Below, one piece after another: positions 44,732 through 57,305 of a DNA stretch of 64,000 nucleotides; positions within the stretch are counted from its first letter, which is position 1, and every line of letters starts with the position of its first letter. The translations under genes were made by a program, and so were the position numbers. The DNA comes from Octopus vulgaris (taxonomy: Eukaryota), in assembly GCA_951406725.2 (NCBI GenBank), contig OX597815.1, positions 166,594,001-166,658,000 on the forward strand. The letters run 5' to 3'. Below the pieces are notes generated by a model that was given only the letters and a program-made list of their open reading frames with translations, was not told the origin of the DNA and made no database searches.

Positions 44732-46640
44732 CCTTTGACTCTGTTCCCCACCCATGGATGCTAGAAGCTCTTCAGCTTGCTAAAATTCCAGTGAGAATAG
44801 TCAAAGCCTTAGCTGACCTAACTTCATTGTGGGCCACCATCTTGAAATTAAACACAAGGAGTGACTGTATTATCACTGACAGAATACAGTATCTCAAAGG
44901 CATATTCCAAGGAGACAGTCTCTCTGTGATGTTGTTTATACTTTCTGTAAACCCCTTGTCATTCATGTTAAGGAAGTCTGAAGGATATCTCACTGGTTCA
45001 CAAGGAAACAGAAATACCAAAATTACTCACTATTTCTTTGTGGATGATTTAAAACTTTATGCAAAGAATATGCATGAGATGAAAAAGAGCCTTGACCTAG
45101 TTACAGCATTCTCAAAGGAGGCAGAGTTGGAATTTGGTCAGGATAAATGTTGTTATATGATTATGATTGTGAAAAGGGGGAAAACTATAAACCAGACTAG
45201 TAACATCCCCATCAATGATTTGACTGTTTACTCTGTATCTGATGAGGAATGTTACAGGTATTTAAGGTGGATGAAAATATATCTTACAATGGCACCTGTA
45301 ACAAAACACGTGTCACTGAAGAATATTACAGCCGAATAAAGAAAATCTGGATCCCAGAAACTCTCTGCACTCATTAAAACAGTGGCTCACAATGTGTTTG
45401 CAGTGCCAGTACTCATACCAATATTTGGGCTGCTTGACTGGACGCTTGATGAGATCCGAGCCATTGATGTGAAAACCTGAAAAATACTAACAAGCACACA
45501 TAATTTCCATACAAACAATGATGTAGACCGCCTCTACCTAAAACGAAAACAAAACGGCAGAGGCTTAACATCAATCCAAAATGCCTTTGAATGACGCATC
45601 ATATCCCTTCGGCAACATCTTCTAACCACCAAGTATCGAAGTGCATCCCTCGCCAAGTTTGCATAACAGCAACACTCTTTGTCTGATAACCTAGAATACA
45701 TACCCAAAGAAGTCGCATGACTCTACTGCAACGTATCATCAGATGAAAAGATGAGACTATACGAGTAGAAGACTATGCATGGATATGTCAGTAGAAAGCT
45801 CCGTGATGATAGTAACATTAGTAATCAAAGCAGTTTATCATGGGCTAATAGCCGGATTACTACCTTCCACTTTGAAGGGTATGCATTTGCAATCCAGGAA
45901 CAGGAAATATCAACCAAGCACCTGATGCACAAAAGGGCTAGAGATGCAGGAAAAGCCGTAAAATGTGACAACCGATGCAGACTTCGTGGAGTTCACACTG
46001 AAGATATCACCCACATCATAAGCAGTTGACAGAAAATGTCATCACGGTATTATTCACTGATGAGACATATGACGTTGTAGCTAGAACACTCTATAATGAA
46101 ATCCGTCGGAGGGATAATCCCGAAGACAAAGAAATAAGAACTCACAATATGGTAGAAACCATAGCCACTCATAATAAAAAGGAATACTGGTGAAATGTAC
46201 CAGCGAAGACCTCAATAAAATATAAGCGCAACAGACCAGATATAATGATTTGGGATATAGAAGAGAAACTGTACACAGTTGTGGAAATTAGGTACCCAGC
46301 GGATGTTAACATAAAGCTGAAGATCAGTGAAAAAGAGAACACCTATCCTTAACTATTGAGAAATCTGCAGTTACTCTATCCAGATTACGGGTTCAGGTTT
46401 ATACCTGTAATTATTGGGACCCTGGGATATGTAACACTACCTAAATACCAATCTTGAGAAATTAGGCTTCTCAAAACCAGAATGGAGAAAGCTAATTCGA
46501 AGACTACAGATCCAATCCATCGCTGGAACTATAAAAATAAGTAAAACTTTCCAGAAGTTTATCCTTTAAATGTATATAAGCATGTCTAGATATGCAACTA
46601 TATGCTTGAGAACACATACATAAAACATACAAATCTTCAC
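44732..46640 (+). mobile_element. 5'-truncated, decayed Dong/R4-type non-LTR retrotransposon (RT, Zn knuckle, restriction-like endonuclease)
   Basis: FDSVPH, KGIFQGDSLS..LF, THYFFVDDLKLYA, EFGQDKC; later IQEQEIST..CRL....EDITHIISS, RPDIMIWD...VVEI..PAD, IPVIIGTLG; multiple stops and frameshifts; (CATA)n on both sides. Confidence 0.9.
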
Positions 46641-46798
46641 ATACATACATACATACATACATACATACATACATACATACATACATACATACATACATAC
46701 ATACATACAAAAATACATACATACATACATATATACATATATATACAGCCGCCCATCCATCCATCAATTCATCCATCCGTATATATATATATATATAT

Positions 46799-47417
46799 GA
46801 AAAATAAGGATAGAGAAAATCCCATCATTAATTGTAGAATTCACCATACAAAGCCGAGAATTGTCTCTGTTGTACCAACATATTTAGATATAGAAAATAT
46901 CATTGAAATTAATATATCCGGAAATATATGTTAACAACCTTTTTCATCTTAAATTTAACTAATTTTTGGATCGCCTTGAAAACGTTGTGTTAACATGTAT
47001 TTTCGGATATATTAATTTCTGAAGTTTCGTATTTCCACCGCTGATGACGTCTTATATGGCTCCTAAGACCTACAAGTCATTCTAAACCGACCAGACGTCA
47101 GCTCATATACATACATACATACATGCATACCTTTGACTCTGTTCCCCACCCATGGATGCTAGAAGCTCTTCAGCTTGCTAAAATTCCAGTGAGAATAGTC
47201 AAAGCCATAGCTGACCTAACTTCATTGTTGGCCACCATCTTGAAATTAAACACAAGGAGTGACTGTATTATCACTGACAGAATACAGTATCGCAAAGGCA
47301 TATTCCAAGGAGACAGCTAAATATGTTGGTACAAATATGTTGGTACAATAGAAGCAATTGTTTTTTTTATGTTGAATTCTTTAGTTAAAGATGAGATTTT
47401 GTCTATCGGTATTTTCG
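46799..47417. mobile_element. Fold-back element interrupted by a 300-bp copy of 44560-44918
   Basis: Outer arms 46799-46887 / 47317-47417; inner arms 46905-46938 / 46984-47019; insert 47018-47316. Confidence 0.7.
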
Positions 47418-47770
47418 TTGTCTAATACTCAGAATTTTTCAAGATTCTTCTCAATAATATTTGAATCAACTTGTCGTACATGAGGGAATACCTTGGATGT
47501 GTATTCTACTTGCATCCATAGGTGTCTAATTGTTTCATGTAGTGAACCAAATTCGTTTAAAATTCAGTGTTTTACTAATATCTTTCTGGATTTCTTAATC
47601 CCTTTCTTTCTTTTTCCCATATATATTAGCGCCAAGCTAATATATTTCTCGTGCACGTCCCCACGTTCGTTTTCTTTTTGGTTTTATATGAATTTTTTTA
47701 TTTTGAATTGTTTATTTATTTGAGCTGACTATATACATACACACATGCATACATATACATGCACACACAC

Positions 47771-47836
<66 letters not shown>

Positions 47837-47841
<5 letters not shown>

Positions 47842-48040
47842 ATCCAAGGATGAACAAAGAGAAAACACAACAAAGCGAGGACGTGGGACAAGTATAGTGT
47901 TATTGGACGCTCAGGAAAGGAAAGAAAGAAGGAGGATTTAACGTTTCGAGCAGAGCTCTTCGTCAGAAACATAGAAAAAGGAAAGGTCCAAGGAAGGGAA
48001 GACGAAGAAAGAAAATCGCCAACGATACACACGCGGTCAC
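47837..48040 (-). mobile_element. Hammerhead-bearing mini-element, family A (canonical core)
   Basis: GUUU-CUGACGA-A-GAGC(UCU)GCUC-GAAACGUU-AAAU at 47936-47971; 3' end abuts (TA)n. Confidence 0.78.
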
Positions 48041-48359
48041 GTATTGAATATTGCACAAACACGTAGCAATAATTGGTTTTACGGAGTAAGAACACAAGAA
48101 ACTGACGAGGATACTCTAAATCCAATCTATTTGTGGAGCAGTGAAGATTCGTAAGACACTCCAGAAATTCTCCACCTGAGATTCTTATGTGAATAGATGA
48201 ATACACTTGGGTGTATTCATGGACAGTTCAACCAACACACTAACCCCACCACATATTTATAAACACCAGGAACTCTCTTAACTCAAAAAGTCTTGACATT
48301 TTGTTCGCGACCGGCTTGAACTCTTCCAAGATCATAAAGAAAATTGAAAGAAAAATCAT

Positions 48360-48423
<64 letters not shown>

Positions 48424-48424
48424 C

Positions 48425-48649
48425 TCTTTTATTCTTCTTTTACTTGTTTCAGTAATTTGACTGCGGTCATGCTGGAGCAACTCCTCGAAAGGTTTCAGTC
48501 GGACAAATCGACTGCACGACTTACTTTTTTAAGCGTAGTACTTATTCTATCGGTCTCTTTTACCGAACCGCTAAGTTACGGGTGCGTAAAGACACCAACA
48601 CTGGTTGGGGGGACAGACGCAAACACAAAACACACGCAAATATATGACG
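48425..48649 (-). mobile_element. 3' half of a family-2 SINE
   Basis: cttttacttgtttcagtaatttgactgcggtcatgctggagca...ccgaaccgctaagttacggg...atatatgacg. Confidence 0.8.
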
Positions 48650-48650
48650 A

Positions 48651-50727
48651 ATCGTTAGCCAGAAATAGGAGTAACTACACCCCCTCGAAAGGTAAGAATA
48701 AAACACTTGATGATTTCTGTGACCACATATCAAATTACCCATATCAACATATGCACAAACAAAAACACAAACCAAACTTCAGCAAAAAAGAATGGGCTGA
48801 GTTGAACAAATTAAAACTAGATAAAACAATAACAATCAAAGAGGCCGATAAAGGGAGTGCTGTTGTCTTAATGGATACGACATTTTACATAACTTTGGTA
48901 CTTTCTATGCTGGAAGACACAACATACTATGAAAAGGCACAAAACTACAGTCAACAAAAAATAATGAGGGAACTAAAATCCATATTAAACCCATACAAAG
49001 CAGGGCTCACCGACAAAGAATATGATTATATGACCAATTTCACAAGTAAAACTAGCCAATTCTACGGTATACCTAAGATCCACAAAAGTGAAAAAATAAG
49101 CAACGCATGCAAGATAGCTACAGACAAAATAATTAAAGTCCCTAATCCTAATGACCTCAAATTGAGACCCATAATAGCAGGTCCCGCATGCGAAACCCAC
49201 CGCCTCAGTAACTTTTTAGACACCCTGTTAAAACCACTCCTCAAACATGTCAAAAGCTATATAAGGGACGACTTAGATATGCTCAATCACCTACCGAATA
49301 CTATAAACAAAAACACCATACTGGTATCCTTCGATGTAGTCAACCTCTACTCCAATATCCCCCACAACCTAGGACTAGAGGCAATCCAATTCTGGCTAGA
49401 GAATCACGCCAACGAACTACCACACCGCATCAAAAAAGAATTTGTGATAGAAGGGGTTAAATTCATCCTGGAAAATAACTTCTTCGCCTTCAATGACAAC
49501 TTCTACCGACAAAAATCGGGGACTGCGATGGGTACACGAATGGCCCCCTCCTTTGCCAACCTAGTCATAGGATACCTAGAGATCAGTCTGTATCGTAAGG
49601 TTCTAGAAAGATATGGCAGCCCTTTCTCCATCTACATAGAAAACAACTGGAAGAGATATCTAGATGACTGTTTCATCCTTTGGCATAAAAATATAGAAAA
49701 ACTCATAGAATTCCAGAAAATTTTAAACGGACTGGACGTAAACATCCAATTCACGATGGAATATAGCCAACAACAACTCCCCTTCCTCGATATCCTCATT
49801 AAGAAAGCTAATAATATAATAGAAACAGACATATACTATAAGCCTACAGACTCTAAGCAATATCTTCCATTCAATTCATGCCACCCCAGACACACCAGGA
49901 TGAATATCCCCGTCAATCTAGCAAAAAGGATATGCACTATAGTCTCTAACGCAAACACCAGAGACACACGACTACAAGAACTAAAAGATACCCTAATCAC
50001 CAGGAACTATCCACCTTCACTTATTGACAAGTGCATTCAACGTGCCCTTCAACTTAACATCAAGGAACTGAGACATCCCAAATCAAAGAAAAACTTACAA
50101 CCAAAAGCCTTACCATACATCTCCACACACAACCCTCTCAATAACGAAGCCTTCGACACCATCCTCCACAACATACCCCTCCTAAAAAAAGACCACAGAA
50201 TGAACACAATCCTCCAAACACACACGATCATAAAAAGCAAAAGACAGCCTAGATCCATGAAAAGTCTCCTTACACAAGCCCGAATTCACTCTTCAACACA
50301 GAAGCCGACAGTAAAAAAATGTGGAAGACCCAATTGCGGGATATGCGACTATCTAATCGAGGGTTCTGAGTTCTCCTTCAAACAGGGACAACGGTTTACA
50401 GTGAAAAGCAACTTCACATGTGCTTCGGAGAACCTAATATACTCACTAACCTGCTCCGGGTGTCAAGAGCAGTACATAGGCCAAACAAAAAATGGTTTGC
50501 GTAAACGAATGGCCCTGCACAGATCCCAGATAAAAATTCCCCAAAACAGAAAAATAGCTTTTAGCCAACACATAGATACTTGCGCCAACAAAAAAACACC
50601 AAACTTCAGAATTTTCCCCCTCTACCAATTTAGGGACGATACAACCTCGAGACAAAGAATAAGTAAAGAAAATCTCTTTATTACAAAATACAAGCCACTT
50701 CTTAACGGGTCTACGACAAACAATTAA
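48651..50727 (+). CDS. Penelope-like retroelement (Neptune-type) reverse transcriptase plus GIY-YIG endonuclease; uninterrupted, probably 5'-truncated
   Basis: KEADKGSAVV, FYGIPKIHK, LRPII, SFDVVNLYSNIP, QKSGTAMGTRMAPSFANL, WKRYLDDCF, PFLDI, YKPTDSKQYL..SCHP, Cys linker CGRPNCGIC, LIYSLTCSGCQEQYIGQT...RMALH; residues encoded upstream of 48651 derive from a microsatellite and a SINE. Confidence 0.95.
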
Positions 50728-51526
50728 TATACCTCAACTTTAGAATAAAAGAAAAAAAAATATATATACACACACAAATACTACACTCCATAGAATCCAT
50801 TACTAATCAGCCCCTTCATAGCTATATTTACACCCATTCATATTCTCCCTTCTCTGTTTTCTTCTTCTTCTTCTTCTTCTTCATCATCATCGTTATCATC
50901 ATCATCGGCGTCATCATCATCGCCACCATCATCACCACCATCTTCTCCTTCTCCTCCTTCTTCTTCTTCTTCTTCTTCATCATCATCGTTATCATCATCG
51001 TCGTCGTCATAATCATCACCACCATCACCATCATCTTCTCCTTCTCCTTCTCCTTCTTCTTCTTCTTCTTCTTCTTCTTCTTCTTCTCCACCCCCTACCC
51101 CTTAAGTTTGTCACTAATGATTTTTAGTATAACACCTACGCTAATTCTATAAACAAGCCTGTCAATATAAATATTCCCCTGAATTGAACTGAGACTGCCA
51201 GCCGCCACTGACCATTCAAAATACGACCATCAGGGCACTCCCAGATTCTCCCACCCCCTTTCCTCACCAGCCTTCCCTCTACTACCCTACCAAGAACTCA
51301 CAACTACCTCGAACACACAAGTGCAAACAAGGGAGTCAGAGAAAGGCAGAATGCCACTTAAATCTGAACACTACTATAGAAATATTCTTTTAAAAAAACT
51401 TTTCTTCTAATTTTTCTAAATTTAATTATTTAATCGTTACAGTTGAAAAGGTCTCAAAATGACCGAAACCGGTACTGAAATGTTCACTATAAAATTATTT
51501 TAGCATTTTCTATTTTTTACTTGTTT

Positions 51527-51530
<4 letters not shown>
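50728..51530 (+). mobile_element. 3' region / pseudo-LTR of the Penelope-like element, containing a TTC/ATC microsatellite
   Basis: Runs from the ORF stop to (TA)n at 51531 and includes a hammerhead motif. Confidence 0.6.
51436..51481 (+). ncRNA. Minimal type-I hammerhead ribozyme-like motif, U3-A8 core variant
   Basis: CAG-UUGAAAA-GGUC(UCAAAAU)GACC-GAA-ACCGGU-A-CUG. Confidence 0.75.
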
Positions 51531-51590
<60 letters not shown>

Positions 51591-51779
51591 GTTAATCCAA
51601 ACAAGAAAGCACAAAAAAAAACACGAGGACGTGGAACAAATATATTATTATTGGACGCTCAGGAAAGAAGGAGGGTTTAAAGTTTCGAGCGGAGCTCTTC
51701 GTCGGAAACATAGGAGAAGGAAAGATCCAGAGAAGGGAAGACAGGAAAAAAAAAATCGCCAACGGTACACACGAGGTCA
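51591..51779 (-). mobile_element. Hammerhead-bearing mini-element, family A
   Basis: GUUU-CCGACGA-A-GAGC(UCC)GCUC-GAAACUUU-AAAC at 51675-51709 (mutated core and stem III); 3' end abuts (TA)n. Confidence 0.7.
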
Positions 51780-52572
51780 AGGGAGAATGGAGAGATTGAA
51801 CTGTGAAAAATGTATTTATGTAATAATCAGTTTCATATCGCCTACGTACCATTAAATTTCTTACCTTCATACTTTGCAATTAAGATTGCATTATTCATTT
51901 AAAAGGTAAAAATCTCTTCAAGGCAAAAATTGACAAATATACGTCCACATCCTGATGGATGGAGAGTTGCTTACAGACTGAGATAGCAGCATGCCTTTGT
52001 GTGCTTGTGTGTGCCGGCAGGTGTATCTTTTGGATTCCTTTCTTAAAATAGCTTGAGGTTAAACTACGACCACAGTGGACAATGACTAGTTGTAGTTTTA
52101 AAGAACTGGTTCATACTACCATCCTCCCTTGATCAGTTCTATAAAGGCTGGCTACCACTCCTATCTCTACTCACTTGTGTAAAGAATAAAAATGTAAAAA
52201 ATATATACATTAGCAAGAATCCAAATCACTATATTTAACTTCTACATTTTAGCTACAAGAATTTAAATTATCATTGCAATTTTTATTTATTCAGATGTAT
52301 TAGTCTTATCTGTTGATAGTTTATGTTATATATATTTTTAGTAAAATCACTTTTTATATTTAATGGAGCCATGATTCACTATGTATCACATGTATGGATT
52401 TAGACTATTTTCAAATGGTGAGGGTACATTTAATTTTCACGTTACTTCCTATGTTTTTTTCTAATCTTTATCATTTTAGGAGTGTTTATTTAAATATAAT
52501 TTATTAAATATATACATACATACATACATACATACATCTACACGTACAAACATACACACATATGTATATTTA

Positions 52573-52741
52573 TAGGCGCAGGAGAGGCTGTGTGGTAAGT
52601 AGCTTGTTTACCAACCACATGGTTCCGGGTTCAGTCCCACTGCGTGGCACCTTGGGCAAGTGTCTTCTACTATCACCCAAGGTGCCACGCTGTGGGACTG
52701 AACCCGGAACCACGTGGTTCGTAAGCAAGCTACTTACCACA

Positions 52742-52742
<1 letters not shown>
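52573..52742. mobile_element. Palindromic family-2 SINE head (fold-back chimera)
   Basis: gtgtggtaagtagcttg...gcaccttggg (52590-52656) followed by its reverse complement (52676-52742). Confidence 0.85.
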
Positions 52743-52783
<41 letters not shown>

Positions 52784-54022
52784 TGCACACACATGTATAT
52801 ATATATACATAAATATATATGCACACACACATATATATACATATACATATATATATATTTATATATACATATATTTCTTTTCCTTTATGAATATAACAAA
52901 TTCTCTATCTCTCATTTATTTGATATAATTATTAGATTATTTATCTTAATGCATCAACTGACAGTAAAAGTTTCAATGTGTATTCCTCTATTTGATTAAA
53001 ATAGTTCTAGATAATTATTTATTCACATAATACCTATTTAATAATATTTTCCCGAAATATTCGTTGCGTCTTGCAACCTTTTCAATATTGAAAATAGAAA
53101 TAAAAAATAAGTGGAAATCAGCTATAAAAGGACCAGAATTCTTCCGAATGAAGGTAATTAGGTTTTGATGACACCTAAAGAGACAGAAACACTTATCCAC
53201 GATTGTCCTCTTATCACCAAACAATAAGCCTATCTGTTCTGTAATGGTTCGTCAATTTCAGAATATACTTCATTCGTGAGATTGTCTATACTCTTTCCAT
53301 ATGGATCTGGTCTCAATTGTCATTTAGTACTTGTGATATATCCTCTAGAGGCAGAGATAATTTTGATAAATCAAGAATTTATGTTGGTGATATTTTATAA
53401 ACCAGTATTTGTCTGTGTTGTTCAATACATGCGACTGGTTGTTCTAAGTTATTTTTCGTAGCTCATTTTTCATAATTTATGCAAATTACCTAGGCCATAA
53501 ATGTGTACTTTTCTTTGCATATATCCATATCCCTTGGCCTCTGACGGTAGGGTAGGACAATAGTGCTGTTGACGTCCTATTGAGGCAGGAACATGTGTGC
53601 GCGACTGTCCTCTTATCGCTAGACAATAAATCTGTCTTTTTCCTTAATAGCTTGTTAACTCTGGGGAACTCTTGTTTCTTGCCAGATTATCTCCCCTTCT
53701 CATATGGAGTTAGTCTCAGATGCCTTTAATAATTATGACACAACCTGTAGAAGACTAGACAATTTTAATAAACATGAATTTAAGTTGTATGATATTTGAT
53801 ATACTTGTATTTGTCTATGTTGTTAATACAATAGTGTTAGATTTCTATTGAAATGTTATCCTTCTCGTGGAAACTAAAACCGTTTTCCTTTACGTTTATG
53901 TAAGCCTGGTGTCTAATACGCTTTGCCATAGATACATATTCGATACTTATAGGTTTATTTCGTAATTAAATTCCCTAAAGCATCCGCGAGTAAGTAAATG
54001 CTAAAAATGTACATGTATACTT

Positions 54023-54092
<70 letters not shown>

Positions 54093-54230
54093 CGGAGATG
54101 TACTCGCATAGCAAGTGATTTGATCTGAGATCGTGTGCTGGAACGAAAATAATTGCAGCGTGGAAGGTGTTTGTAAGCCACTTAAGAAACACACAAAAGC
54201 CGTTCGATTCACTTCAACATCTAAGTTTAA

Positions 54231-54280
54231 TTTGTCAAAATATTTTCGTCGCTAAAATCCGCGACCTGTTCACTGACAAA
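54231..54280 (-). ncRNA. Minimal type-I hammerhead ribozyme-like motif, G3-C8 core variant
   Basis: UUUGUCA-GUGAACA-G-GUCGC(GGAUUUUA)GCGAC-GAA-AAUAUU-U-UGACAAA: perfect 7-bp stem I, 5-bp stem II, palindromic stem III. Confidence 0.75.
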
Positions 54281-54300
54281 AATCCGTGCTAAGAGATAAA

Positions 54301-54334
<34 letters not shown>

Positions 54335-54575
54335 TTTATCTCTTACCTGTTTCAGTCATTAGACTGTGACCATGCAGGGGCACCGCCCTAAAGGGTTCTT
54401 ACTCTCAGAAATCAACTCCAGGACTTAAATTTTTAAAAATCTGGTACCTATCCTATCAGTTTCTTTTGCCGAATCGCTAATTCAGGTGAACGTAAGCACA
54501 CCAACTCCGGTTGTCGAGCGGTAGTGGTGGGGTGAAACACAGATAGAAAGACACACACGCATACACACACACATA

Positions 54576-55707
54576 CAGGGTGCGGTGAATAAACTGTTTA
54601 AATTATGCAAAAATGAAAATAACACTGGCATCTCATTTTTAATAGATATATTAACCAAAATTACATAAAAGTACCTTGAAATACTAAGGAGTAAATTTAT
54701 TCAATAAAATCGCCATTGGCTTCAACTACAGCTTCCAGACGACTTCCGAATCTCCTGCAGTTCTTCTGGACAGTTTCCTTGCTTAAATTGGCGAATGCAG
54801 CCATAATCCTTACCTTCAGGTCATCTTTGGTGTTACAAGGTGTTTTGTTGGTCTCTCGCTCAACTACACCCCACACATAATAACCAAGGGGGTTGCAGTC
54901 TGGGGAGTTAGGTGGCTAAATGTTAAGGGTGATGTGGTCGCAGAAATTCTCTGAGAGCCATGATTGGGTTCTCCTGCTTCTTTGGCATGACGCAGAGTCC
55001 TGTTGCCAAAGAGGGTCTTCCAGCAGCCACCCTCTTGCCCCACGGCAGCACTGCCTCCTCCAAGCACTTGATGTAGGACTCCGTGTTGAGTGTGAGGCTA
55101 TGTGGGAAGATAAGGCGGCGAGCTGGCAGAAACGTTAGCACGCCGGGCGAAATGCTTAGCGGTATTTCGTCTGCGTTATGTTGTGAGTCTAAATTCCGCC
55201 GAGGTCGACTTTGCCTTTCATCCTTTCGGGGTCGATAAATTAAGTACCAGTTACGCACTGGGGTCGATGTAATCGACTTAATACCTATGTCTGTCCTTGT
55301 TTGTCCCCTCTGTGTTTAGCCCCTTGTGGGTAATAAAGAAATAGGTATGTGGGAAGATGAATGGAGGCATAACGTCGCTATCACTAGTGACCACTCCAAA
55401 CACCATGATGTTGACTGGCTGTTTGATTTCTATGGCTCTCAGTACATGTCCTCAGATTGCACTGTCCTTTGATTGACACCTAAACACTCTGAAATGTTTG
55501 TATTGGAGCTTCCGGTGCGAATGCCGAGCAGTACAGCGTGTCGTTTCCAAATTTCTGGTAGAGTGAATTGCGTCATGATGCAGTTTTCCTCACAGTCGGT
55601 GCCCAACTGACCTTACTATACTGTGTAGTCGACAAAATCAAAAACAAACAATGCATATGCACGAAAAAAAGAATATAAAATGGTGACAATTTACCCATCG
55701 CACCCTG
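54576..55707 (-). mobile_element. Decayed Tc1/mariner transposon, DD37D (maT)-type, with a nested SINE
   Basis: TIRs cagggtgcg.tg..taaa.tgt at both ends, TA TSD; transposase remnant IMVFGVVTSD..MPPFIF / WQQDSASC...PPNSPDCNPLGYYVWG with 37 residues between the second D and the (mutated) third catalytic position. Confidence 0.88.
55112..55345 (+). mobile_element. Full-length family-1 SINE with 13-bp TSD
   Basis: TSD tatgtgggaagat at 55099-55111 and 55346-55358 interrupts the transposase at IFPH. Confidence 0.92.
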
Positions 55708-55853
55708 TATATATCAAAACGATGTGATATAATACTATTCCACATATACAAAATCAGTCATACCAGGAATCTAACATACCTCAATCATCAGCTGCCCCAA
55801 TATATATGTGTATTTCTAATTCAGTACGTGGCGAGGCAATTAGCCAGCCCCTC

Positions 55854-55905
<52 letters not shown>

Positions 55906-56029
55906 AATATCAAACAATGAGAATGAGTACTCAACACCACGAAGGTGGATAAAATTATTTTTAAAAATCCAAAATGGAGACGATCATTTTTCTATATGAT
56001 CGACTTGAAGAATTGTAGCCTTAATACAG

Positions 56030-56107
<78 letters not shown>

Positions 56108-56151
56108 TGTGCGTGTATATATATATATATATATATATATTCGTGTGCGTG

Positions 56152-56182
<31 letters not shown>

Positions 56183-56227
56183 GCACACGAATTCAACGCA
56201 GGAATCTCACGAAGCCCATTTTGGAAC

Positions 56228-56265
<38 letters not shown>

Positions 56266-56729
56266 GGACTGATAGATGGATGCAGAGAGGAGGAAGGGAG
56301 GGAGAGAGGTGAGAGAGAAAGAGAGAAAGTGAAGTGAGAGATTGGTACAGAAAAAAAGGTGATTGTGAAAGAGATGTGAAAAAGAGTTGGAAAAGTTACT
56401 GTAAATAGAAAACATACCCATGTAGTAACGGCTTTAGTGAATGAAAGTGGTGAACGAGTGGTTGTAGAGGGTGGTGGAATTGACAATCAACGGTTGGTTC
56501 CGCCAATAAAACGACAAAAACAAGAAATTGAAAAGAAAAGAAAAAAAGAGAAAGAAAGGAAAAGAACACGAAGCAATAACAATTATTTCTGATAGAGGTC
56601 CGAAGACATGTCTTGTCTGTTTATCTGTTTAGATTGGTCAACTCACATGTCAATCGTTGTGTGATAAAACGAAATCCTCTCTTTTAACGAAGATGTGTCA
56701 GACAGGCTTGTGATTGAGCAGATAGACAA

Positions 56730-57120
56730 GGAGGAGATAGACAGAGAGAGGGGGAGGAGAGAGATAAATAGAGAGAGGGGGAGGAGAGAGAGAAATAGAG
56801 AGAGGAGAGGAGAGAGAGAAATAGAGAGAGAGGGAGGAGAGAGAGAATTAGAGAGAGAGAGAGGGCGGAGAGAGAGAAATAGATGAGAAGGAGAAGAGAG
56901 AGAAATTGAGAGAGGGGAGGAGAGAGAGAATTAGAGAGAGAGAGAGAGAGAGAGTGGGAGGAGAGAGATGGGAGGAGAGATAGAAATAGAGAGAGAGAGA
57001 AAGAGATATAGGAAGCGAGAGAGAGAGAGAGAGAGAAAGATAGAGAGAGTGGAAGAGAATAGGAGAGTGAGATGTAAGAGAGAGGGTGGAGCCGAGATGG
57101 TTGGTTGATCGAGAGAGGAT

Positions 57121-57172
<52 letters not shown>
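56730..57172. repeat. GA-rich purine tract / (GA)n
   Basis: Directly visible. Confidence 0.95.
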
Positions 57173-57175
<3 letters not shown>

Positions 57176-57305
57176 TGTGTGTGTGCGTGCGTATGTGTGT
57201 ATGAAAAAGAATCAGAGTAGTTATAGTGGAACGAAAGGCTAAAGCAGAAAAGTGTGTATATGTGTGTGGAGGGTCGATTTGTAGTTCCGAGTACATACAA
57301 ACGCA

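Noticed and set aside
48301-48650. N-terminal ~117 aa of the 808-aa ORF as genuine PLE protein
   Set aside because: Composed of a (CA)n tract and an antisense family-2 SINE
47837-51779. Family-A copies as the LTR pair of the intact PLE
   Set aside because: They are antisense to the ORF, clearly diverged from each other and separated from the ORF by unrelated DNA, and the ORF has its own sense hammerhead; independent insertions are more likely
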